Positions 42,796 through 52,828 are shown, numbered from the stretch's first letter. The stretch: 64,000 bases of DNA from Syntrophales bacterium (GCA_963666365.2 CAXXNF010000002.1:1120001-1184000), one strand, 5' to 3'. Numbers and translations are program-made. The notes: generated from the sequence alone by a model not told the origin.

Positions 42796-43401
42796 TTATT
42801 TCTCAAGCCGGGACAATAGCGCTTTTATGGTTTCTCTTTGAGTGGCACACAGGATCGTGTGCAGGCCCTCCTCCGCCGCTCCGCGGACATACTCGGCCCT
42901 GTCATCCACAAAGAGCGACTCAGAGGGCGCGCATTCGAGCTTCTTGAGCGTCAGGCGGTAAATTCCCGCTTCGGGTTTGCATATCTTTTCCCTGCATGAA
43001 AAGGTTGCCATATCGAACATCCCGTAGTTGCACTCATAAAAATATTGAACGGCAGGCTCCTCGGTATTTGACAGAATCGCCGTCTTAAAACCGCGGGCCT
43101 TCAGTGATGCGGCCAGTGAAAACATTTCGCCCCTTGGGGAATAGGCCTGACGGAACGCCTCATTCCATAGCGAAGGGCTATTCGGTAGCGGTACGTGCAA
43201 CTCACCGCATACTCTTCGCCAAAACTCCTCTTCGGAAAGAAAACCTCCCTGAAATTCGAATGAATGCCGCGCATGCGCCTCTTGAAAGCGATCGACAGTC
43301 GTTCCCAACGCGGTACTGCAATAGGACAATAGACCGGGGACGGGGTCATCGATCAGGACGCCTCCCCAGTCAAATATCACCGATTTTATTGTATCTTTCA
43401 C
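42796..43401 (-). CDS. HAD-family phosphatase
   Basis: FDWGGV, LSNT, KPE, FVDD motifs. Confidence 0.85.
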   Translation of the reverse strand: MKDTIKSVIFDWGGVLIDDPVPGLLSYCSTALGTTVDRFQEAHARHSFEFQGGFLSEEEFWRRVCGELHVPLPNSPSLWNEAFRQAYSPRGEMFSLAASLKARGFKTAILSNTEEPAVQYFYECNYGMFDMATFSCREKICKPEAGIYRLTLKKLECAPSESLFVDDRAEYVRGAAEEGLHTILCATQRETIKALLSRLEK

Positions 43402-43473
43402 CTCTCAACTACTGCCCTTTTTCATCAGCCTGCCATGACATGGGGAACCCCTGTCCTTGACGGTGTTTTCCCT

Positions 43474-44286
43474 TCAGCCCTTCCCACGGGGATCACCAGG
43501 CAGGTAATAGCCGGTGACCTTTTTGTAGGCTTCCGATGTCCTGTTCCCCGGGATTCCGTCTATCTTCACGAAAATACCCGGGAATGTGTTCAACCATCGC
43601 TGAAGGTTTTCAGCGCTCGTGCTGCTGTCCGAAAGTGCCGACTTGTTCGTCGAATATCTCACAATCAGGGGTGCTGTGTCCGCTTTCACCAACGGCTGAT
43701 CTTCGAATTCCACGAATCCATGTTCCGCCATCCGTCTCAGCAGCACCGCCGCCCCGCATTGTCTGGAGACGGCGGTATCCGACCACGTGCCGTCGGATAC
43801 GTATTTCCCTTGCCGGTAGTGGTTTGAAAATCCCCATAGATAGGGGGACAGCACATAGGGGTGATAGAGGCGATAGCCCCACCCGTTGTAACGTTCCAGC
43901 TGATACAGGGTACCGGCGAGCCCCCAGTCGAGATGCGAATCGAGTTTTCTCAACGACAACGCGTCAAAGGCGCTTTCCTCCCAGATGAAGGGAGGATCGC
44001 CCTTTTTCGGCCGCCCTGCAGGCACGTGAACAGTGCGGCCGGTAAGCGGGTCGCCGTTGTGCAGATGACGTGCAAAATCAAGCCCCGCTTCCATAGTGTG
44101 GACCGCCGCAACAAAACCCCAGGGAACTCCTGCCTGCTCACTTACCTTCCGATACCGCGTTTCATGTGACTTCAGCTTCGCAACCAGGCCGTCAACAATG
44201 GCCGCTTTCTCGGGCCGAATACTGCAGGTGTCAAAAAGCTGCTCATAGTGTCGGCGCAGTGTCTCTGTAAATCGCACGGTTGCCAT
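43474..44286 (-). CDS. lysozyme-family protein (COG5526-like) with C-terminal peptidoglycan-binding-like segment
   Basis: H-x-ME, HLHNGDPL, LERYNGWGY, SPYLW, GKYVSDG; C-terminal LQRWLN...IDGIPG..T. Confidence 0.72.
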   Translation of the reverse strand: MATVRFTETLRRHYEQLFDTCSIRPEKAAIVDGLVAKLKSHETRYRKVSEQAGVPWGFVAAVHTMEAGLDFARHLHNGDPLTGRTVHVPAGRPKKGDPPFIWEESAFDALSLRKLDSHLDWGLAGTLYQLERYNGWGYRLYHPYVLSPYLWGFSNHYRQGKYVSDGTWSDTAVSRQCGAAVLLRRMAEHGFVEFEDQPLVKADTAPLIVRYSTNKSALSDSSTSAENLQRWLNTFPGIFVKIDGIPGNRTSEAYKKVTGYYLPGDPRGKG

Positions 44287-44333
44287 TAATTCACTCCCTT
44301 TTTATCTCGAAGAGAGCATGCGGGGCGGACGAT

Positions 44334-44846
44334 TCATAGATAGTATCCACTTCCAACGACCCATCCGAAGGGCTTGAAAAGAAGTACGTAGGACCGTTTA
44401 GGATGTGGTGCGGTTTCTCCCTTTTTCGAGAACAAATACTCGGTATAGCCGCCGCCGGCACCGCCAATTGCAAGAAACTTCTTGACATAACAGATGCCGT
44501 TGCTGTCCCTGTCCTCGAGGCGATTTCTCCCTTCCACATCGGTACGCCCGTAGAGTACCACGTTCACACCCTCTGTCGTGTCGGCCCAGAAATACCCTTC
44601 CGTCCCATACCTCAGATCGCGCAACAGATCGGCGCCGAGTTTTTTCGCCTCATCAAGTGTAAGTTCACCCCTCTGATGCTTTGCATAGAGCGCCTGAAGC
44701 ATGCTGACCGCAGTTTCCACCTCACACTTGATCAGCAGATCCTGTGCCGATGAACTCGCCCGCTCTTCAGCCTGCGACACCAGGGGCGCCCATAAAAGGG
44801 CAATCACAAGAAAGCCCGCCGCTACCGCTGTCAATGTCTTTTTCAT
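44334..44846 (-). CDS. stand-alone single Cache domain protein, exported
   Basis: Signal peptide, LRYGTEGYFW, GGGYTEY.F.K, KRSYV..F.PFGWVVGSG.Y. Confidence 0.8.
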   Translation of the reverse strand: MKKTLTAVAAGFLVIALLWAPLVSQAEERASSSAQDLLIKCEVETAVSMLQALYAKHQRGELTLDEAKKLGADLLRDLRYGTEGYFWADTTEGVNVVLYGRTDVEGRNRLEDRDSNGICYVKKFLAIGGAGGGYTEYLFSKKGETAPHPKRSYVLLFKPFGWVVGSGYYL

Positions 44847-45007
44847 GTGTGCGACCTCCTATATTTACTTTTTGTATGCTCGCTCTGATTCCGTAAATGA
44901 ATGAGCTGCCTGTATGTACTCGGATGGAACCGGAAATATTTTCTTCAGCAAGAGCAGGAATCCCACCATTGCACCCATTATACACACTATGAGCACTATC
45001 GCATACA

Positions 45008-46765
45008 TCACGCGTCTCCCTTACCCGTCCCGGCACTATGTACCTCCCTGTGCAGGATGCACTGCAAAACGGCCAGCGCACAGGTGTAGGCAGCCTCAAC
45101 CCCTTCATATCCCAGGCGGTTGCTCAACAAACTGGCTCTGATGTTATAGGGAGTATCCGAACTGTAGTGCAGGATCCCTATATCAAAGGCGCGCGTCGCT
45201 TCGATCCGGATCGGCTGCTGCCTGGGCGCCGGCCGGCCGTGCAAGTGCTCATAAAGAGCGGAAAGATAGGGACCTGCTTCCATTTCGATACCGGTAAAGT
45301 CCTCTTTGTGCAGGTGCTTGACGGAATCCCAATTGTGCAGAAATGTACCCCGCACTGTCACCGACTTCTGATCGTCAAACACGGCCATACTCCCGAGGTG
45401 TCCGACAAGATTCCGTACCGAAAAACAGTTTTTGAACATATAGCGATTTTGGGTGTGTTCGTCACTTATTTCCGAAGGGATCATAATATCCCCCAGGCGA
45501 CCAATCATGGCAGCGGATTTTCCCATAATGTACACGCCTCGTAAATCTTTCGCCCTGTCGGCAATCTGTGACATAATATAATAGGCTGAAAAACCAAGAG
45601 GATAATCGATATTCAGAATAATAGCCCGACTTTTTTTTAAAACACTTGAATAATTCCGGTTCAAACGCGGATCAATACGGTCCGGATCTATACGGCTCAC
45701 ATCTATGACTTGTGCTTCCTGATCGAGAAAATGTTCATGTCCGAAACGCTGCAGACCGGCCTTCGCTTCCATTTCCCTTTGGATCTTAAACAGATAGGGG
45801 TCGCTTTCCACATATTGTTTCTGAACATAATAATAGAAATTCAGTGCTGCTTCTCTGTCCTCTCTTCGGAGCCACTCCCATTTACGGGAAAGTTCCTTAT
45901 TACCGCTTTCGAGCGCATGGGTCATCAGTTCGTGACGATAGCGGTATGCAAATCCTGAAATAAGGTTGGCGAGGCTGTGCGTGTTACTGGAAACCAGGTA
46001 GAGCGGACGCTGTTCAATTCCGGCATCGCGAAAATGTTCCACAAGATTCATCCACCACCGTTTTACCGCTTTTTTGTACTCGTTGTGATCTGCGGAAAGC
46101 ATTTTTATCCGAAAGTTTTTCGGGGCTGATGCAACAGCTGCAATTTTTTTATCCCACTGATCTCCCCACACCTCCATCAGCATTTCGTAATCGCCGGTCG
46201 ATACCCCCAGGGCCGCTTTCAGGGCGCCGCCAATCGACGAGGCCTTTATGCGGCCATTTTTTACCTGTTCTATAAAGGTCAATCGGTTCAGGCGTACGTG
46301 CATTTTGTTCCATTCAATTTGAAAGGCGCACAGGGACGGAACTAAGTCATCTATGTCGGATATACTGGACGGACATACCGCAAGGGTATCGCGACCGTTG
46401 AACAGGGTCTTTCGTCGTCTGGCCTGCGCGGGCGCAGGTTCCCACGCATCGATGTCTTCATAACTATAGGCCCTGAACACATAATCTCCGGCCCCTATGA
46501 CCACTTGATTCACCAGTTCCATACAGTCAGGCAACCGCAATGCCGAGTAAAGAAACGCCGAAACTGTTACCGCCTCCGCCGCTGCATCGCGGTGCAGGCT
46601 GGAAGAGGCGGATCGATGGAAACTTTCGAGGCAATCTACGGTAATTTCACCCGCTCCACTGAGCAACGCATGATAGGCGTTCACGTACTGTTCGATCAGC
46701 CGGTCTTCCGCAAAAGAAGAAGAGCGTGTATCCGGTTTGATTTTCTGGAGTATTCTGTTAAACAT
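45008..46765 (-). CDS. conserved hypothetical protein (DUF6909-like) with nucleoside-phosphorylase-like C-terminal motifs
   Basis: 585-aa ORF; SSNTHS, DYPLG, MGKSA...GDIMIP, TVRGT.L.N, IEMEAGPY, SDTP. Confidence 0.65.
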   Translation of the reverse strand: MFNRILQKIKPDTRSSSFAEDRLIEQYVNAYHALLSGAGEITVDCLESFHRSASSSLHRDAAAEAVTVSAFLYSALRLPDCMELVNQVVIGAGDYVFRAYSYEDIDAWEPAPAQARRRKTLFNGRDTLAVCPSSISDIDDLVPSLCAFQIEWNKMHVRLNRLTFIEQVKNGRIKASSIGGALKAALGVSTGDYEMLMEVWGDQWDKKIAAVASAPKNFRIKMLSADHNEYKKAVKRWWMNLVEHFRDAGIEQRPLYLVSSNTHSLANLISGFAYRYRHELMTHALESGNKELSRKWEWLRREDREAALNFYYYVQKQYVESDPYLFKIQREMEAKAGLQRFGHEHFLDQEAQVIDVSRIDPDRIDPRLNRNYSSVLKKSRAIILNIDYPLGFSAYYIMSQIADRAKDLRGVYIMGKSAAMIGRLGDIMIPSEISDEHTQNRYMFKNCFSVRNLVGHLGSMAVFDDQKSVTVRGTFLHNWDSVKHLHKEDFTGIEMEAGPYLSALYEHLHGRPAPRQQPIRIEATRAFDIGILHYSSDTPYNIRASLLSNRLGYEGVEAAYTCALAVLQCILHREVHSAGTGKGDA

Positions 46766-48103
46766 CTATCCGAAATAATGATCGAGATTGAAAAGAAGCA
46801 TAAGTGCAATGGCATCAATTACAACCAGTTCAACGGATATCTGATTGGTTTTTCTGCAGGCCCACTTTACAATTGTCCAGCTCAGGCATCCCCAGATGAT
46901 TCCATGGGTAATGGAATGAGTTAAGGGCATGCTGATCATTGCCATAAAAAAAGGGATGGCATCGTCAAATCGTTCCCACCGGACATATATCAACGGCTTC
47001 AGCATGAAAACCCCCGCCAGCACCAGTATGGGCGCCGTTGATAACGGTGGAATCAGGGACAGAAGCGGCGACAAAAACATGAAAGGGAGAAATAGCAGCC
47101 CTGCCACCACGGCGGTCAGCCCTGTCCGCCCGCCTTCCCGTATGCCTGTGGAGGATTCAATATAGGCGGTAGCCGGGCTGGTTCCTATCAGCGCAGACGC
47201 GGTAACGCCGATGGCGTTTACCTTCAGCGAGCGTACTACATTCCTCGGATCACCCTCCTCATCAACAAGATCGCCTGCTTCACAGACGCCCACGCAGGTG
47301 GATAAACAATCAAAAAGACAGGTAAAGAGCAGCACAAACATGACAGGCCACAGAGAGAGCTTCGCTGCCCCGATTATGTCAAGACGCATGAAGAGGCTGA
47401 AATCGGGTGCGGCATACCACCCATCCCAGTGGATCACCGTCGCATGTCCTTGAGGAATAGCCTGCGCAATTCCCCAGAAACGTCCGATGGGCCACGCCAG
47501 CAATGTGGTTGCCAGAATGCCAAGAACAAAACTCCCACGCACTTTACGCACTACCAGCGCGGCAGTAATTAAAAAACCCGAGAGAAAGGTCAGCGTAGTC
47601 GCATCGAGTGAACCATAGGTCCAGCCCCCGGTATCGGCACTCATGATAAACCCTCCCGACTCAAGCCCTATCATGGCGATAAAAAGCCCAATCCCTCCGG
47701 CCAGTCCGTAACGAAGCATAGGAGGTATGGCGGCTAGCAACCGTTTTTTCCGGTCTATAATCATGAGCACTATAAAAATGAGACCTGCATAGAACACACA
47801 ACCCAGAGCCACCTCATAGGGTACGCCCTCCGAGCGCGATACGGCGTATACAAACAACTGATTTATCCCCATGCCGGGGGCCACGAGAATCGGATTGTTG
47901 GTGTATACACCCATGAGTATGCTGGTGAACGCGCTGACAATTACTGTCGCGGTCAGAACGGCGCCGTAGGGCATATCCGCCCCCCGGAGAATGGCAGGAT
48001 TCACTACAATTACATACATGCCTGACAAAAACGTGGTTACTCCGGCAAGCACTTCCGTCTTCACGTCCGTGCCGTTGTGCGTCAATTCAAAATAATCAGC
48101 CAT
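46766..48103 (-). CDS. NCS2/AzgA-family nucleobase permease
   Basis: EVLAGVTTF, VNP.IL, APGMG.N, YIESSTG..EGGRTGL. Confidence 0.9.
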   Translation of the reverse strand: MADYFELTHNGTDVKTEVLAGVTTFLSGMYVIVVNPAILRGADMPYGAVLTATVIVSAFTSILMGVYTNNPILVAPGMGINQLFVYAVSRSEGVPYEVALGCVFYAGLIFIVLMIIDRKKRLLAAIPPMLRYGLAGGIGLFIAMIGLESGGFIMSADTGGWTYGSLDATTLTFLSGFLITAALVVRKVRGSFVLGILATTLLAWPIGRFWGIAQAIPQGHATVIHWDGWYAAPDFSLFMRLDIIGAAKLSLWPVMFVLLFTCLFDCLSTCVGVCEAGDLVDEEGDPRNVVRSLKVNAIGVTASALIGTSPATAYIESSTGIREGGRTGLTAVVAGLLFLPFMFLSPLLSLIPPLSTAPILVLAGVFMLKPLIYVRWERFDDAIPFFMAMISMPLTHSITHGIIWGCLSWTIVKWACRKTNQISVELVVIDAIALMLLFNLDHYFG

Positions 48104-48172
48104 CGTATAGAGTATCACTTATATCCATTGAAGTGAGCAGCGGTTCGCCGAACCATGAGTATTCACAATCAT

Positions 48173-48502
48173 TTATTGTATGCTTGGGGGCACCTGGGTT
48201 ATGGGTGCGTTCTTCTTTATCGCCCCGCTCTGTTCCAAGGCAGCCATGATCTGCTTTAACTTGTTAAATAGATCGACGGCCGCATTGGGAGTGAGCACCA
48301 AACGGCACACCGGATACTGTCGCCCCGTCGGCGAATTGGGCGGTTTGGGCTCGTCCATCCGGATCGTGCAAAATTCGATTCGCATGGTGTGCCCGTCAAA
48401 GGTGAACGTGCGGGTGGAATCGGCAAAGGTCTCTGAAATTTCCGGCCTGTCTACAAATCGGATCTGCAGACTATGCGACTGTGGGGCATTCGGGCTTGAC
48501 AT
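48173..48502 (-). CDS. hypothetical protein
   Basis: 109-aa ORF with SD AGGAGG before MSSPNA; DRPEISETFAD and RLVLTP..A..L pattern. Confidence 0.6.
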   Translation of the reverse strand: MSSPNAPQSHSLQIRFVDRPEISETFADSTRTFTFDGHTMRIEFCTIRMDEPKPPNSPTGRQYPVCRLVLTPNAAVDLFNKLKQIMAALEQSGAIKKNAPITQVPPSIQ

Positions 48503-48703
48503 CAGGGATATCCTCCTTTTTTTTGACTCCTTCATATACCCACCGCAGCGCGTCATTTTCAACCATTTTATTGATGATCCCGCAGAAATTGCAGGGGGAA
48601 TAATTCTCGTCTTTATTGTACTTCCCCCCACAGGAGAAATTGTGTATGAAAGGGATCATGACATAATCCATCCCTTTGCAAAGCGGGAGTTAAAAATCGT
48701 GAT

Positions 48704-49645
48704 ATGGTGAATCGTCTGATCTTCCTGTTCATTCTCTTACTGTCGCCGGCAGGATTTCAGGCAACCGCCGTGGCTGACGTAGAAACGCCGTGGGCGGTCG
48801 AACTGCATGTGAAGCGTTACATCGGAAGCCACACCTCCTATGAATTCGGCAACCCCTTTCCGCCCTGTCAGGCGCCCTTGAGTCGACTGGAATTTCCCAT
48901 AGACACCTGGTGGGCAGGAGGTGAAGTGACGGGGCGATTCCCCCGCATCTCTCTGGGGGTTGAAATCATGAGAAACATAAACCGTGACTCCGACGGCGCC
49001 TTTGTCGATTCCGACTGGGATGACGAAAACGCCCCACAGGTCAAGACGATTTACTCACAGTCGGAATGCCGTATGGAACCGAGTTACATGATTTGCGGCA
49101 ACGTGGATCTGAAAATAGCGGACTGGATGGGGCTGCCGGCATGGTTCGATCTAAGACCGGTTGCCGGCATCCGCTGGCAGCGGTTCGAACTCATAGCCCA
49201 TGATGGCGAAGAATTCTTTCCGCTGCAGGAATCAATCCCGGGCGAAGGGATTCATTTCACGCAGACCTATCGGCAGTATTTTCTCGGCTTGAAAATGGAA
49301 TACAATCTGGAAAGGCATATCAAGACAGTGCCGCTCACACTGCTCTGTCAGATTGACTGGGCCTACGTCGAAGGCGACAACAGCGATCATCACTTACTCA
49401 GAGTGGGAAACCGCTGGACCTACGAGAAAACCCATGGAGAGGCGTGGCACATCTCTGTGGGAGCGAAAACCGGTCTGACCAAAAATGTGAATGTCACCGT
49501 GGAGGCGGAGTATCTCCGCATAACGACCCACGGGTCACACCGTTTGACCAACGAGATATTCGATATCGACATAGGCTTCGATCACGGGGTCAAGGTATAC
49601 TCGGAGCAGAAAAACATCATGTTCAGCCTGGAGTACCTGTTTTAA
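48704..49645 (+). CDS. omptin-family outer membrane protease-like beta-barrel
   Basis: Signal peptide, SRLEF, DSDW, DHHLLR catalytic-like motifs, C-terminal YLF. Confidence 0.75.
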   Translation: MVNRLIFLFILLLSPAGFQATAVADVETPWAVELHVKRYIGSHTSYEFGNPFPPCQAPLSRLEFPIDTWWAGGEVTGRFPRISLGVEIMRNINRDSDGAFVDSDWDDENAPQVKTIYSQSECRMEPSYMICGNVDLKIADWMGLPAWFDLRPVAGIRWQRFELIAHDGEEFFPLQESIPGEGIHFTQTYRQYFLGLKMEYNLERHIKTVPLTLLCQIDWAYVEGDNSDHHLLRVGNRWTYEKTHGEAWHISVGAKTGLTKNVNVTVEAEYLRITTHGSHRLTNEIFDIDIGFDHGVKVYSEQKNIMFSLEYLF

Positions 49646-49702
49646 GTACGGGGCACCCCCTCACCTCACCATCACAGCACGTGTGGTTCCCCTGCCTGCC
49701 CC

Positions 49703-50521
49703 CTATCGGTGGTGAGATGTCGTGGTGTGGCCGTGAGTGGTGGTCGTATCTTTGTCGCCCGTCGTTTCGACGACGGTAACAACAGCCGCGGCGGCAATAC
49801 CTGCAGCCGCCGCAACGGTTCCCGCCGTGATCCCCGCGGCCGTGCCTATGCCTGCAGTCGCTCCGGCCGCTCCAGCAGCACTTGCTCCCGCCCCGGCAGC
49901 ACCGGCGCCTGCGGCGCCCACTGCGGCTGCCGAAACAGCGATTGCCCCGCCGCTGATGACAGCGGTCTGGCCGGCAAATATCATAGTGGTTGCCAAAACG
50001 GCACCCGTTGTCGACAGCGCCGAAACAGCCATCTCACCTTCTGAACATATCACTGACACGGTTTCCTGATCATCATCATCGCTGACCACCACAAATTCAA
50101 ACCCCGTGCCCCGGACGCCGGCGACGGCGGTTCGTGAAGATACCTCAAAAATGGAATCCCCACCGATAAATTTCTTTACCATTGCATTAAGCTTACCGAC
50201 CGCCATGAAAAACATACCCTGGCGACTCCCGTCTTGAACAGTAAATTCCTTCACCTCGAATCTGGAATTAGGGGAAAGGATGACGGTACTTTCATCATTG
50301 AAAAGCAACGCAGTCGACGAATCCTTTTCTGTGATGATCACATCTTTCACTTCAATGGGCGAGTTAATGACAGGCCTTGTCCGCATACCCTCTCTTTGCA
50401 GGACAACATCCCCCGCAACAGCAGTAAAATGACCAACCGCTGCAGCCAGAAGCGGCGCAGGAACAAATAGTTGAAAAATCACAAGGCATGCGATGAATAA
50501 ATTTATTTTTTTTAACATCAT
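49703..50521 (-). CDS. FecR-domain exported protein with Ala/Gly-rich tail
   Basis: Signal peptide, D.IIT...S...L.F.D.S, TAVAGVRGT.F; low-complexity C-terminus. Confidence 0.78.
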   Translation of the reverse strand: MMLKKINLFIACLVIFQLFVPAPLLAAAVGHFTAVAGDVVLQREGMRTRPVINSPIEVKDVIITEKDSSTALLFNDESTVILSPNSRFEVKEFTVQDGSRQGMFFMAVGKLNAMVKKFIGGDSIFEVSSRTAVAGVRGTGFEFVVVSDDDDQETVSVICSEGEMAVSALSTTGAVLATTMIFAGQTAVISGGAIAVSAAAVGAAGAGAAGAGASAAGAAGATAGIGTAAGITAGTVAAAAGIAAAAVVTVVETTGDKDTTTTHGHTTTSHHR

Positions 50522-50560
50522 AGCGCCTCCTTCATGACCTTTTGCGCATTTGCCAAGGTT

Positions 50561-50743
50561 TTATTCCGTCGTAACTTCCTTTATGCATTCACCGCTGGCA
50601 AGAAAATCTATCATCTCCGGAGAATAATATTGCCAATCCCGGTGTATCGGATCAACCTGCCGAGGATCAAAATGTGTGTGTCGCGATTCGGCACATCCGT
50701 AAAGAACAAAAATCACCGCTACAAATATAAGATTTATTTTCAC
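50561..50743 (-). CDS. putative small lipoprotein
   Basis: GTG start after a purine-rich SD, hydrophobic leader and lipobox-like LYGC. Confidence 0.4.
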   Translation of the reverse strand: MKINLIFVAVIFVLYGCAESRHTHFDPRQVDPIHRDWQYYSPEMIDFLASGECIKEVTTE

Positions 50744-51025
50744 TGCCCTCTTCCTCGGCGCAATAACATAGGACAACATCATGCAAACCCCATATGCCCG
50801 TTCCCAAAGGTCAAATCACCAATTGCGGTTGCTCGTTAGGATACACAGCTCTCCACCACACAACATGGTTCTTACCCGTACCCCGCATGCAATTGGCCGA
50901 TTGTCCAATGTCAGCACTACGTGCATCAGTGCTGCCTGTGAATGTAACCTCGATTCCTCATGATATCAAGGAGAAAAAGCGTTCCTGTCGTGCTGTCAAT
51001 AATTATGCGCACTGTCCCCGACCTT

Positions 51026-51796
51026 AATTCCGGGGACAGTATACTTAATTCAGTGTTTCCCTTTCGGCCCCGGTTTTTGTTTCCGAACTACACGGTCAAT
51101 AACCTTCTCGACGTAATCAACAAATTGACTGCTTCCCAACGGCCTGCCTGTCCTCTCGTGTAAACGTAAGCGCTGCCCATCTTTATCTTGCACATCCAGC
51201 TTCAGGAACGAATGCCAGTCAGGTACAAGAGCAATTAACGGTTCAACTTTGATTAAATTGTCATCCTCTCCCCGTATGTGAGCACGAGCACTGCTCCACT
51301 TGTAATCCGCAGGCCTCGTCACAAGGCCCGCCCGAACGGGGTTCAACTCGATATATCGAGCAGCAGCAAGGAGATGCAGCTCGTCCATTGGGAAAGAAAA
51401 AAAGCGCTCCTGCCACAAGTGCCCGCGCCACTCGTGGCTGAAATTTATCATCCGCGTATATTGCCGGTGTGCTTCGCCAATCGCAAAGCGTAAGCTGTCA
51501 GACCGTGAGGGAACCGCAATGAGATGTACATGGTTCGGCATAAGACAGTATGCCCAGATTTCAACACTGTGCTGTGTGCATGACTGCCTCATAATGTTGA
51601 TATACTGCCGATAATCATTGTCAGAAAAAAAGTCTGCAGTCGCCGATTTCCCCGCTGAGTGATGTGATGGGGAACATCAGGAACAACAATCCGAGCCATT
51701 CGTCCCACTAATTCAGTGCGTCTCCTTTCAACTTCTGACTGTCAATAATTATGTATACTGTCCCCGGAATTTGGAAAGTATACTGTCCCCGGAATT
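51026..51796 (-). mobile_element. inverted-repeat-flanked HUH/Y1 (RAYT-like) transposase element, copy 1
   Basis: Inverted repeats at 51026-50 and 51747-71 (extra end copy 51777-96) enclose the transposase gene. Confidence 0.8.
51050..51708 (-). pseudogene. RAYT-like Y1 transposase, frameshifted
   Basis: 659 nt versus 660 nt in intact copies; one base missing next to the A7 run at about 51631 (AAAAAAAGTC vs AAAAAAATGTC). Confidence 0.85.
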
Positions 51797-51842
51797 AAGA
51801 CGAAATTACGAGCCCCCAGAATTACGCTGAATTATCCCGGAA

Positions 51843-52172
51843 TTACCCAGAATTATCGCCCCCAAAATTACTCTTATCTCGGGATTCACTTTCATCGGAA
51901 TATTCTCTTTTTTTAAACAATTCTTTCATGCATATTTTTAACGCACCTCCACCTATATTTGCTTTTGAAATAGCAGTTATCATGATAAGCAAGAAAAAAA
52001 ATATAGCAATTAATGGTATTGAAATATATTGAGGTAAGTAACTGCTTATAAAAATAATTAGTTTTCTGAATATCCAGACAATAAACCAAAAAGTAGGAAA
52101 TATAAGTAGTGCAACAAATACACCCGCTACAATTTTAACTATGCTGCTCAATTTTTCTTTTTTTGTGGGCAT
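51843..52172 (-). CDS. putative immunity protein for orphan toxin tip 2 (two TM helices)
   Basis: AT-rich small membrane ORF starting 8 nt after the orphan toxin stop; its 3' end runs into the AATTA tract. Confidence 0.65.
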   Translation of the reverse strand: MPTKKEKLSSIVKIVAGVFVALLIFPTFWFIVWIFRKLIIFISSYLPQYISIPLIAIFFFLLIMITAISKANIGGGALKICMKELFKKREYSDESESRDKSNFGGDNSG

Positions 52173-52180
52173 ATTATAAC

Positions 52181-52799
52181 CTATTTACAAGGAGATGATT
52201 TATTTTCATTGATATCTTCTTCGATTTTTTGAAAATAAAATAATAAAGGATCAAATGTTGTCCTTACTAATAAATCAGTCATACCTTGCCCAAGGCTGTT
52301 TGCTTTTACTTCCAAATAATCTCTTTCAGCATCAGAATATTCGTAGTGCCAGTCATACCAATTTGGTCCATGTTTTTTCCATTGCAGCCCCTCCGGATCC
52401 ACTCCGTTCACTGGATCGTTCATGCAGTATCCGTAGAGGTCGGTGCTGCCGCCGGCGAAGAGGATGGGGTCTTTGGCGGTCCAGCGGCCGGTGTCGGGAT
52501 CGTAGTCGCGGTGGCCGAATCTGATGAGGCTGGTGTCGCGGTCGTGGAGCCCCCCGGCAAAGCCGAAGGGAATCGCAAGTGTCGGGTTGCTGTCTGTGAT
52601 GATGGTGCCGAAACTGTCGTAGATGGTTTCTTTTACTATATTTCCGCTCTCGTCGGCAACTGTTTTGAGCGAGCCGACCTGATCATAGGCCAAATAGTAG
52701 GACCCGCCGCTTGTGGTCATGGCATAGGGCATTCTGCCGTCAGCATATTCAAAGCGCATGAGCAGGGCGTCGCTTCCATCATAGACGGCAAGCAGCCTG
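52181..52799 (-). pseudogene. orphan Rhs core fragment with alternative 67-aa C-terminal tip (cassette 2)
   Basis: About 0.41 kb nearly identical to 61390-61804; PVNGVDPEGL then unique QWKKHG...SSPCK; 5'-truncated at the repeat. Confidence 0.85.
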
Positions 52800-52828
52800 A
52801 TCTTAATTCCGGGGACAGTATACTTAAT

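Noticed and set aside
33733..43851. Isolated CTGTCCCC/GGGGACAG octamers outside the island (about 33733, 38751, 43844)
   Set aside because: They lie inside coding regions and lack the flanking AATT and GTATAC; consistent with chance.
49780..49935. GC-rich quasi-repeats as a mobile or regulatory repeat
   Set aside because: Explained by the Ala/Gly codons of the FecR-domain protein tail.
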